Shown here piece by piece: positions 12,126-23,600 of a DNA stretch of 34,235 nucleotides. The notes below the pieces were generated by a model. It had not been told where the DNA came from, searched no databases, and saw only the letters and a list, made by a program, of their open reading frames with translations. The stretch's first letter is position 1. Each line of letters starts with the position of its first letter. This stretch comes from Catajapyx aquilonaris (Eukaryota). Both the position numbers and the translations under genes were made by a program. The stretch covers positions 62,001 through 96,235 of the forward strand of contig JYFJ02001009.1 in assembly GCA_000934665.2 (NCBI GenBank), read 5' to 3'.

Positions 12126-14010
12126 ATGGAGTCTTCGGATAAGAATGTGTTGGACTTGACGGAGACGCTCGAAGTTGCCCAGGATGGTAGTAGTGATGAG
12201 TCGTTGAAGCCACGGAAGCGGCCTAATGAAACCACTTCTGAGCCGCTTTTGAAGAAGCCCCGGTTGTCAGAATCCGACCCACCAGCAGAGGAAAAGCCTT
12301 CAAGGAAGCGGCCTAATGAAGCCACTTTTGAGCCGCTTGTGAAGAAACCCCGGTTGTCAGAACCCGAACCACCAGCAGAGGAAGGTAGCAGCGAAGGGAC
12401 TGCCGAAGAGACCTCGAAGCCTTCAAGGAAGCGGCCAAAACCTGACGCCACAGAGTCCTCAACATCCGGACCGCTTTCGAAGAAGCCCCGCTTATCAGAA
12501 TCTGAACCTTCAGTACAAGAGGAGCCGACAGCCGAGGGAAGTCGTGAAGTTGGACATGTCTTGGTTATGGGTCGAGGTTATTTTGGTCAGCTTGGGCTTG
12601 GAGATGACGCGAACAAAATGGAACGGAAGAAGCCAACAGCCGTGATGGGATTGAACAGAATTGTAGAGATCGCAGCCGGCGGAGTTCATTCCGTGTGTCT
12701 CACTGAAAATGGCGAGGTTTGTCTTCATATCAATATTTGCCAGTACATTACCTGACATGATGTCATTCCAGGTGTACACATTCGGATGCAATGATGAAGG
12801 TGCGTTGGGTCATGATGATGACGAGTACCTTCCCGGTTTAGTCGACATTCCGGGTAAAGTTGTGCAGGTTTCAGCTGGCGACTCGCACAGTGCAGCACTC
12901 ACCGATGATGGGAAGGTCTTTCTATGGGGGAATTTTAAGGTGAGCTTCATTTGGCGTGTTGGCGACGTTAATTGAAGTAATTTCTTTGTAAGGACTCACA
13001 TGGCCAGTTGGGCTTGACCCTTGAAGGATCTCATCGCAAACCAGTGCAAGTAATGAAGGAATTCAGTGCAATGCGGATATCATCTGGTGCGGACCATTGC
13101 GTGATTCTGACCACGGAAGGCCAGGTGTACACTTGCGGCAACTCGGAGCAAGGTAGTCTCGGGCGCATTGAACAGGAATTGACGATTGAAGAGGAATCCT
13201 CGGAATTGAAAGGTACCGATGTGCTTATTTAGGAAATGTGTAGAAGACCTTTGCACTATGTATTATTCCAGATCTGCAGCTGACTCCTAGTAAAATCATG
13301 TTCGATCAAGACCCACAAATGGACTGTACTTGGTGCGGTGAGTTTTCAAGCTTCATGCGAACGAAGAAAGACGGCGAGATCTTCGTAACAGGTCTAAACA
13401 ACTACCACCAGCTGGGCTCTAGAGATCCACCCATGTTCTTTCATCCGTCCGCGGAGACCTGTTTCCGTGGCCACAAGTGGCTGCAAATATCAGGAGGCCG
13501 GCATCATACGGTAGCTCTTGATGACCAAGGTACAGCGTATGAAATGTCGTACGGCTGTGGCGGAGATGACTTCAAATTTTTTTCAGGTCAAGTCTACACA
13601 TTGGGACTGCCAACATACGGTGCGCTTGGCCTCGGGTCTACTCCAGATGTGGGCGAAACAGTCTGGGAGCCCACTCCCGTCCCAACACTTGAGGGCATCA
13701 GGTGCATTGAAGTGTCTGCCGGAGATGGTGTGTCTCTAGCTGTTGCGGATAATGGTACGTTGCGGTTTTATCCAGTTGCGGTTACATGTGATATTTACCA
13801 TCTTAATTTATAGGTGACTTGTACGCCTGGGGTTCCGGAACCAACTTGCAGTTGGGGAGGACTGAAGAGGTTCACTTGAACAAGCCGGATGTCGTTAAGG
13901 GCAAGCAGCTTCAGGGCTGCAGAGTCATCAGCGTCTCATGCGGTGGAACGCATGTGATCATGCTCGCCGTCGACAACTCTTGCAACGAACAACCTCCAGT
14001 GGACAACTAG
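12126..14010 (+). CDS. RCC1: RCC1-family Ran GEF (divergent RCC1/Bj1-like), ~533 aa; exons 12126-12716, 12772-12939, 12993-13212, 13272-13529, 13587-13754, 13814-14010
   Basis: RCC1 repeats with RCC1-specific strings [71 protein letters not shown]. All introns GT-AG and in phase. Orthologue versus paralogue unresolved. Confidence 0.9.
12207..12508 (+). repeat. Three coding tandem repeats (~87-90 bp core) in the RCC1 N-terminal tail
   Basis: KP(S)RKRP(x)nPL.KKPRLSE.(D/E)P occurs three times; the DNA units are visibly similar (GGAAGCGGCCTAATGAA.CCACTT.TGAGCCGCTT.TGAAGAA.CCCCGGTTGTCAGAA). Confidence 0.92.
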
Positions 14011-14624
14011 CATTGTACTGTACTCAGCAAATTATATGTGTAAGGTTTAAATTCATATAAAAATGTTTACATGAGAACATCTGTGTTTTATTTTAAAAAT
14101 TCGATTTGAATATTCCCGCCTGTTCATTCGGACACCTCCCTCAACTTAGTGTGCTTCGGATTGGCTTCGGAAGTGTGCTTTAAAGTCCACTTTGCATATT
14201 CGTACGCGGCCCGTCAGCTTTTCCAGTAAAAAGTATTCCATTTTTTTTTGGAACATGCGAAAAAATTAAGTTTTGCAGTGCAAATTACAGTTGGAGGTTT
14301 TTGCGAGAACTGTGGGGTCATGTGCAAACAATGAGAGTCATGATCACGTTGTTGTAGAGATAAAGCAGCTGCAGCAGGTCATTTGCTTCTCCAAAAAGAG
14401 ATAAGGACATTTTTTTTTATTTTCAATTATCATGTTCGGTTGTGCTGTTGGAGCAACGGGATAGTTTTCCATTTTATTTTTGCGAATTGCTGGAGGAAAT
14501 TGCGAATTTGCTAAAAACATTGCAGAGGTGTTGATGATGCGGAGTGGTTATTTTTGTATCCGTCACATGTTCTGATCTTGTGTAGCTCCAACTTTTGTTT
14601 GTTTTTGCAATGTCATTCCGCACT

Positions 14625-17600
14625 ATGAGGCTTTTTGTGGTGCTCTGGGCCGTTGTCGGCGCTTGCCATGCGCTGTCGTGCCACTACTCGCAGCCTGGGA
14701 AGGACGGAGAACGAGAGCACTACGATTTGAACAGGTAACGTACTGTCGAATAAAAGGTAGTACATTGCAATATAAACTCATTACTTTTTACAGATTAATG
14801 CTGCCTATGCCATGGACATACTTGGACAACGTAGATCCAAACAACATTACAAAGTTTTACATCCAGATTTGCCGTCCTTTGCAAGGAGTCGATCCTGCCA
14901 TTTGTCCGGACGCAACTGCTTCTGTTTGCGTGACGAGACTGTCCAACGGTAAAGAGGAGAAGTTCCTTCCAAATGCTGGGAAAGCACTTGATGGTATATA
15001 TATACGGAATGCAGGAAAACATATATATTTTCTAATGATTTTTGATGCGAATCTTGTTGTTTTTCAGAGCCAGCCATGCTAGAGAATCAATTAGCACTTG
15101 TTTACCGCGATGGTGTCAGCCCCGAGTGCATTGAAAAAGGAATGTCAACCCGTATAATATTTCAGTGCAAACCAGGTGCTATAGTACGTATCCTGAATTT
15201 TTGCTACTGATTACCTGTACTTCGATACGTCAATAGTTTTTTTAAAAACAAATTTTAAGAATCAAGGTGCGTTTACATGTGAGCTATTTCAATAGCGAAG
15301 TCGTTGCCGATGCGAAAGTCAATTGTTAATTTCAACCTCTGCAAAGATTTCGTGAGTCAAATCACGTTTAGGCCACGTGAGCGATTCGCTCAGCGATGAA
15401 ACCAATTGTTTGGGGGGACAAAAATCTATTGTTACTTTCATGCCCATTCATTGCTCAGCGATGCATCGCTCACATGTAATCACATGTAACAATATAGTTT
15501 TTTTTACTGGCCACTCCCGCTAATTAAGATTGTCAAAATTATTTTAAATTCAGTACTGTAGCGATTCCTTCATTTTTTTTTCACAGGACAGCGATCCGCA
15601 ATTGTTGAAGAAGATTTCATGCGAGTACCTGTTTCTTTGGGAAACGGAAACGGCTTGTGCTGATCGGAATGTGTCGTCCCACAATTGCTCTATAAAATTG
15701 CGTGACTCGGAGCATGTAATGGACCTTCGGCCTCTGAAGAAGTCCACTTTTTACGAAGCCAAAAATGGTGATAAAACTTACCTGCTCAACATATGCGGAG
15801 TCATTAACGGAGACAGATGCGGCAACACTACTTCATGTGAAGTTGTTGCGGATAAACCGACCATCTTCGGGTTGGCAAACAACATGACTCTTCGTTACGT
15901 AGACGATTCCTTGCGTCTCCAGTATGTGGCTGGAGTCGTCTCCTCCACGGTCGATTTCGAGTGCGATACCTCGGTAGCGGAACCCAAACTGGAGTACGTT
16001 TCAAGCTCAGAGACGAAGTTGGAATTCAAGATGAAGACACCGTTAGCTTGTGTTCCTAAACCAATGGACTGCGAAGTGTTTGATAGCAAAGGGAACCGGT
16101 ATGATCTGAGTCCTTTAGGACGTACTCTCAAGAATTGGGAAGTCGGTGACGCTAGGTCGGACCATCCCGATTTGAGGTAACCGCCAGACGTTATCGTACA
16201 CAGTCAATGTATTTCATCGTACTCAATTGTTGCTGCACATTTGTGGTTTGCGATAATGCGAACTTTTTTTTCGTAGATACCACATTAATGTATGCCGAGC
16301 ACTCAACACTGTGTCGGATTATCAGTGCCCCGGAGGTCAGATCGGAGGCTGCCAGACCAGTACGACCCACAACAGCTCCTTCAACCTGGGCTACCTTCAA
16401 GGAAAGCCGACAGTCAACCCAGACGGAACCATCGCTCTTCGTTACATGGGCGGCAGCGAATGCAGAGGGAAAAAGCATATGCGCAGTACGCTGATCAACT
16501 TTTACTGCTCGCAATTAGAGAAAAGCCCGGGTTTCCAGGACGAGACGGACGACTGCATTTACATATTCAACTGGCACACACCGTCCGCATGCCCAGTTAA
16601 AGTGAGTCGGATTTGTTTGTTGCGGAAACCACAAACTTAATGCGGACGTTGCTTATTTCAGGCCGTGTTTGGGAAGGACTGCCTAGTGACAGATCCGCTG
16701 TATGGATACCAGTTTGACCTGAATCCATTACGAGGTGCCAAAGATTACGTCGTTTCCTCGCACAAGACTGACTCGTATCATCTCAACATATGTGGCCCAT
16801 TGAAAACGCCGTGTGGGGATTACACGCAGTCAGGCGCTTGCCTCTTTTCTCCCGGATCAAAACCGATGTCTATAGGCAACCAGTCAGACCGTCCTATATA
16901 CGACGATGGTTCCTTGACCATGATGATGACCAGATCCAACAAGGACTGTCCGCAGGAGAAGCAGTTGGCTCGTGTTATATTCTTATGCGATCATGCAGTA
17001 TCCGATTCGGAGTCAAAACCTGAGTTTGTGAATCGCGGGGACAAGTGCGATCACTATTTTGTGTGGAAAACGAGACGTGCATGTCCGCCGTACAAGGAGG
17101 TGAGCTGCAAGGCAACCGATCCGGAAAACGGACATCAGTATGATCTGAGCGGACTGAGCTGGACGGCCGCCAACCACAAGGCGGAGGTGGGCAAGAAGGA
17201 GTTTGTTATCAACGTCTGCAGGTCGTTGGTGCACTCAAAAGATTCCCGATGCGAGTACGACTCCGGTGTTTGCATGGTTGAATACGACGAGGTCAAACAG
17301 GAGAAGAAGTAAGTTGGCAAATTTTTCTAAATAATACATATTAACAAATGGGGGACTATTCGCAGCTACACAAATTTGGGCGACTCCACAAAAGGCCCGT
17401 ATGTGGAGAACGGACGACTGAGGCTGAAGTACGACACAGGCGACATTTGCATGGACCCGAAAGTTCCGAATAAGCCCAACATCGAAACTATAATTGACTT
17501 CATGTGCAGCAGTCAGGTTGGAATTTCCTGTTCGTTTTAGTCATTCGCTTCGTAACTATTTCCTCGATGCATATTCAGGGAAGCGAGCCGCAATTTCTGA

Positions 17601-20600
17601 AGGATGAGAACTGTTTATACAGATTTCTTTGGGAGACTCCAGCCGCCTGCCCGTTAGCTCTGGATCCGGACAATCCGTACGTTAGTGGCGACTGTACTAT
17701 CACTGACACTCGTACCAACCACAAGTGAGTCGCATTAATTAGTCGATACCCTGCTCAGCATTATGATTTTCTCTGTCTTGTCAGATTTAACATGAGCTCG
17801 TTAAGGAATGAGAACGGAGTGACCATCACTGGCGCTGTGAATCTTTACGCCTTTACGGTCAGTGTGTGTGGTCCGTTGAAAGGCAGCCCATGCGGAGATG
17901 TTGGTAAGGATTTTTCGATGTCATCGTTTACATTGTGATTAAAATGTTCTGTTCAACAGGTTCATGCCAACTGAATAAGTCAAGTGGAGCTTATTCCTCC
18001 GGCGGGAAAGCTAATTCCCGTCTCCGTTTCGAGGACGGAATCCTCTCGCTGCGATACGAGGAAGGCGAGGCTTGCCCAGGATTTCCGGCCGTCAACCACA
18101 GCACCTTAATCCAGTTTATCTGCTCCAGGGAAGGGTCACCATGGCAAGGACCTCGGCTGGTCAGCGATGCAGATGCATGTACGCACATGATTCATTGGGA
18201 CACGCCCTTGGCTTGCGAAGTGGACGTACAGTCCCAGTGCATGGCTAGTCGGAAAGGGAAGCAGGTTGATCTTTCTCCGTTGGTTAGGGAGGTTGGGAAC
18301 TATGAGGCTTCAGGGAAGGACACATCGTACCTGATTAATGTTTGTCATGAGGTCAGTCCGGACGAGAAGGTGGCTTGTCCGGCTGGAGCCGCAGTCTGTA
18401 GTTTCAAGGCCCGCGATGGAGGATATTCGGACGTTATGGTGAGTGGAATTTACGACTGGCCGACACGGTTTTACATCGTATCTCTATTGTAGTCTTTAGG
18501 GTACGTATCCAGCAAACCAACGCTTAACGAAGACGGCTCGGTGACAATCAAGTACGCAGGTGGAAGCGATTGCTCAACTAGCAAGGACGTCAAGGCCAGT
18601 TCGACTGTAAATTTTGTATGCAGTGAGCTACACTACCCTGTAAGTAATTAATCTATCGTTAGTGATTGCGGATCCAGTTTATTTTTAATTTAATGCATTT
18701 CAGGGATCGCCTACGTTATCAGGAGTTGGGGATAATTGCGATCACACTTTTGAGTGGAAGACACGCGTCGTGTGCCCACTTCAGGAACTGCGGCAAGCGG
18801 GACCTGGACGGTGTGTGTATCATGGCGAAGGTTTCCAGGTTGATCTGTCGGCGTTGCATCAACCAGGAGGACATGAGGTCAGTATGCGTTGACCGATGGC
18901 GACTGATGTAAAGCTGATGATAATTCATATTTAAAAAAATTTCAAGGTGAAAAGTGCGGAGAGAAACTTCCGGCTGAACTTGTGCCAAAGTGATGCCCAA
19001 TGCGGCGGAGCATGCGAAAAGACTTCGAAGGGAGTAAAGTCGTACGGGAGGAGAGTACAGTCTGACTTCTACGGGAACACAATGTCAATCGCCTACGAAG
19101 GAGGTGACGTCTGCAGCAAGAAAGAGAACTACGGTGCCAAACTTCTGATCAAGTGTAACGCAACGGCAGGGAAAGGATCGCCCTCTCTTTTACTGGTAAG
19201 TCCGCTTCACTTTTTGCATGCAAACGATGGGTTTAAAAAAATTAAAAATCAGCTGGTTTGGGGCTGCCCATTTTTAAAAACTTGCAGATTTTTATTAACC
19301 GGGATTGGCTTTTTAAAAAATCAGGTAAATGCACTGGTAACACGTTGGGCACGTCACACGTAACAGTGGGGGGAAAAATGCGCAACACTTTTATAATTGT
19401 CCGAGTTTCGTTCGAAGGCAATGTAAACAGTAATATCGTCATTAGCAAAAATAGACTGAGGTCAAAACCTGCGATTGGTTCGAGATAACAGATAATTTTC
19501 GCAACAAATATCATCCACAGCATGTCGGTCATCTTAAAATACTTCACTGGATTTTTTTAAAAATTGAGCTGTACATTAATAATTAATTGTTTGAAAAATT
19601 GGTACAGTAATGACTAAACAAGTATGACTTCAAATTCGCTCACTTGTTCACCACGTTTTTTGTGTTCGCTTGGGTTCAGTACTGCATTTTTCATGCTGTT
19701 GAAGTCGAGGTCCTCGGAGACCTATTGTTCAAAATCTCGGCCCGAATAAGCTCGAGCTTGTCGTCCTTTCTGCGACCGAATGCTCCTGGCGTAGGAGGAT
19801 GCGGCATGGCGTACCTAAGCTTCTGCCAGAACCACGGGTCGTCCCACTTTAAGTAGGTGTTCATCGACACGTACGCCCTCAGTTCCTCGTCCAACTCGTC
19901 GGACGATGGAACTTCACCGTACACTATGATTATGACACGCCTCGTCTTGTCCTGAAGTGCTTGCAAATGTGCTGCCTTAAACTCCATTCGACCCCAAACA
20001 CTCTCCAGAAAGTTCTTTGATAGGACGACAATAGTGCGGCGTGACGATTCGACCGAGTTTACTATTTGATTCGGGATGAATTCGCCCGCGAGCCAGTCGC
20101 GGTAGTGGACACAGAGTTTGAACTTGGGCTGTTCGGTTTCAAGTTTCGAGACCAGTTCTGCGATGACGAATTCCTCATCCTTATGCGAGTAACTGACGAA
20201 CGCATCGTAACTCTTATCGCGATCCAACTCGCGTTCGGTCACGCACCAGAGGCACAGGTTGCGGCTGTAGAGCCACACCTGCACTAAATGTTTGTTGCGA
20301 TAGTACGCAACCGACAGGGCGGTCACCACTAATGCGATTGCAGTAAGCGTCACAGATGCAGCCACTATCATTTTAGTTTGTCCGGGGCACAACTCGTCTA
20401 TCGTCAGCGTCGACACTTGCCGCCCATTGCGATCACACTGGACTGCATTGCCGTCTACTACGCTTCGATAGCTATCCTGCAGGAATTTCTGGAGCGGAAC
20501 AGCTTCGCAGTCACAGATCCACGGATTGTTGCTTAGTGACACATGAAAATTGGTGATATTTCCCATCCGCTGCACTAGATCGGCTGGCAATATGGTCAGA

Positions 20601-23600
20601 TTGTTGCTGTCTAAATACAGTGCGTGTACTTTCGGCGGTATTGCTTCGGGTAAAATACGAGTAATGTTGTTGTGCGACAAGTGCATCTCGGTGACATTGT
20701 CGTACCCAAGCAGTGGACGATCTAAGTAACGTAAATAATTGCCTGTCATATCCATTATTGTGTGGTTCAATTTGCGGTAATGGCCATCTACCATCCTGGT
20801 GTATTGGCTTGGATCGGGTAAGTTTGGAAATTGCAAGTACCCCGCGCCAGTGCAATTTATAATTAGAGCGTAACTTGACGGTTGCAACTCGCACGTGCAG
20901 TTTTCGGGACAGCCATTTGGCGCCGAACATAACAATTCGCTAACATCAACATTCCGTACCCGACGTTGCGATAACGTTGCTGGTCCTGAACACCGAAGGT
21001 TATCAACAACAAGCGATATGTCTTTCTTAAATCCTGCTCCGAAATCCGACTTCAAAAGATGGATGAATTCGAGCACGCTGCAGTTGCAATACAAAGGATT
21101 GTAGTCCAAGTACACGGATATGTTGCGTTGCGGCGGACCATCTCCGGTTATGTGTACGACATCAATCTGCGGCTCAATCGCAACCGTTTGGATCTGGTTG
21201 CCCTGCAGCAAAATGCAGACGTCCTTCGCCAGGAAGTTGTTCATATCGTAATTAGTCACACTCTGGATTGAATTGTTGCGAAGATCCAGCTCGGTCAGTT
21301 GCAGCAAAGTGAGTGACCACTGGGTCGCAATAGAGTCCACCAGGTTGTTACGCAGCTTCAGCACCTGCGAATGATCACAATCATTAGCGACGCTGACGAA
21401 ATTAGGCCAATTGTCGGATCGCATTAAGCACTTACCTTGAGATGCTGACAGTTGTTGAACACAGATTCCCTGACCCCGTTGGAGAAATTCAGCTTGTTGT
21501 CGGATAGATCCAGATAAGTGAGGGCCGCCAGATTTGGAAATGCGTCTGGTGCAATGTAGGAAATGCGGTTGCCTTGCAGATGGAGCGAGTTCAGGTTGCG
21601 GAGATTCAGGAATAGGTTTGATGTCAGGTTGGATAGTAGGTTATGCTGCAAGGAAAGCGAGCGGAGTTTGGACATAGTTTGAAACACCTTTTGCGGCAGG
21701 AACTTCAACTGGTTGTAACTCAGGTCGAGTTCGATCATTTCCGTGGTGTTTCGGAAAGTGTCTTCTGGAATATCGGGCAGGGTGTTCGCTTGAAGAGAGA
21801 GGATCTGAAGGCTGGTGCAGTCCAACAGGAATTTCTCCGGGATCTCGCTGATCCCACTGCGGTTCAGCGATAGGGACGTTAGATTGTGAAGTCCCTGTAA
21901 CATTCCAGGCGGAAGGATGCCCAACTGACGCATGTTTCCAATCACGTTGAGCGTCTCCAGGCGTGTGTTGTTGGCAAACAGTCTGTCCGGGATGGCCTGC
22001 AGGTCGTTCTGAAACAGACGGATCCTCCGGAGATTCGGCAGGTCCTGGAACACATCTTCGGGAAGCGTCCGTATCTGGTTGTCCTGCAGCTCCAATGTCG
22101 TTAGGTTCGGCATTCCTTGAAACCACTCACGATGTAGGGTCGTGAAGCTATTACGCTCCAGATTCAGCGTATCTAACCGCGTCAGGTTCCAGAATATGTT
22201 ACGGGGTAGTGCTTCCAATTTGTTGTCGCCAAGCTCTAGGTATTCCAGCAACGGCAGCTGGAATGCGTAGTCGGGCGGAAAATGCAGTTGGTTCAGTCGC
22301 AGACTTAGGCTTCGAAGGTGCTCCATGCTGTCGAACAATGTTGGAGGGAAGGCACGGAATTGGTTTCCATCCAAGCTCAGGTACGTGAGGTTCAGTCCTG
22401 TGAAATGATTCGGTTGCAGTCTATCTCCGAGATTCTTGTACGACATGAACTGTAGGGTTTGCACGTTGGATATTCCAGCGTCTCGGAACAACTCAGCGAA
22501 TGAGGCATCGGGAAGGTTGCACGACAGGAATATGGCGTGCTTGACTGGCCCGAATCCCATTCCGCGCGCATACCGGAAATACTCGGTGTCATTCCGCTCG
22601 TAGTTGCACTGGAACCGCACAAAATCGCCTGGTTGGAACCTGATTATGAGATGTTCCGTCACCGGGCTCTTCGGACATGTGATCACAATATGCTCCGCAC
22701 CTTGGCTGCAGAAACAGTCCGCACTTTGAGGGCACTCGAAGGCATAGCTGCTGACGACAGCTAGGAGTACGATGAACACCGTAAGCGCCGCCATTGCGCA
22801 CCAGTCGTGTTCACGTCTTGTGTCCAGGCAAACGCTTGCATAACAAACACTGAAAAAAAAGAATAAGAGCGGACGATTATAATTGATGCCACGCATGCGA
22901 TACTTTTAATCAATAACCCTGCAATGCCAGTGCATATTTAGGTGGAATTCATGGAAAAAAAATGCCTGGTATTTTTATCAAGTAGTTGCAACAAGTGCAT
23001 TACAAATGAAGATAAAAGATTGGTTGCGAAATATTTCTAAGAAGCATGAATTTTTTTGATAACAATGTGCACACAACCATATAGCTTCTCTGTAAATGTC
23101 GGCCACTCCCCCCAATTATTTAGCAATACAGGCCCTTTAATGAAATTTCTACACTTTCATAATCAGACGTAATTGGCCCATAATAATTGCGGTGCGGCTG
23201 ACATTGCCAGAAAAGCATTCAGTTATGCCGTTATGTGCACATGCTATCAACATTCATGCCTCTGTAAGTGCAATAAGCATGTGAGGCAACCAATAAAAGA
23301 TTACAAAGTGTACACCCTTTCCGGAAAATGTGATAACATAACAAAAAAATGTTTATCGTCCTTGCCAAACATATCCGTTTGTAAGATGCAGACGAGCCGA
23401 ACGATCGACTTAGGCATCACTTGATGAAATGAGTTTAATCTCCTTGACTTTTGCAATATGTTTCGTACCCTATCGTTGCATTTGTATTTACCCCATCTAT
23501 TTTCTCTTTCTACAGAGTTTATCACAGCGAACAGTTACGCTAAAGCTATTATTACCTAAAAAAAAAATGCAGTTGATTTCAGATATGACAGACTTATTCA

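Noticed and set aside
21365..21435. Frameshift or pseudogenisation of Toll suggested by two abutting ORFs
   Set aside because: A canonical 71-bp intron (AAG|GTAAGT..CAG|GTG) joins them in frame.
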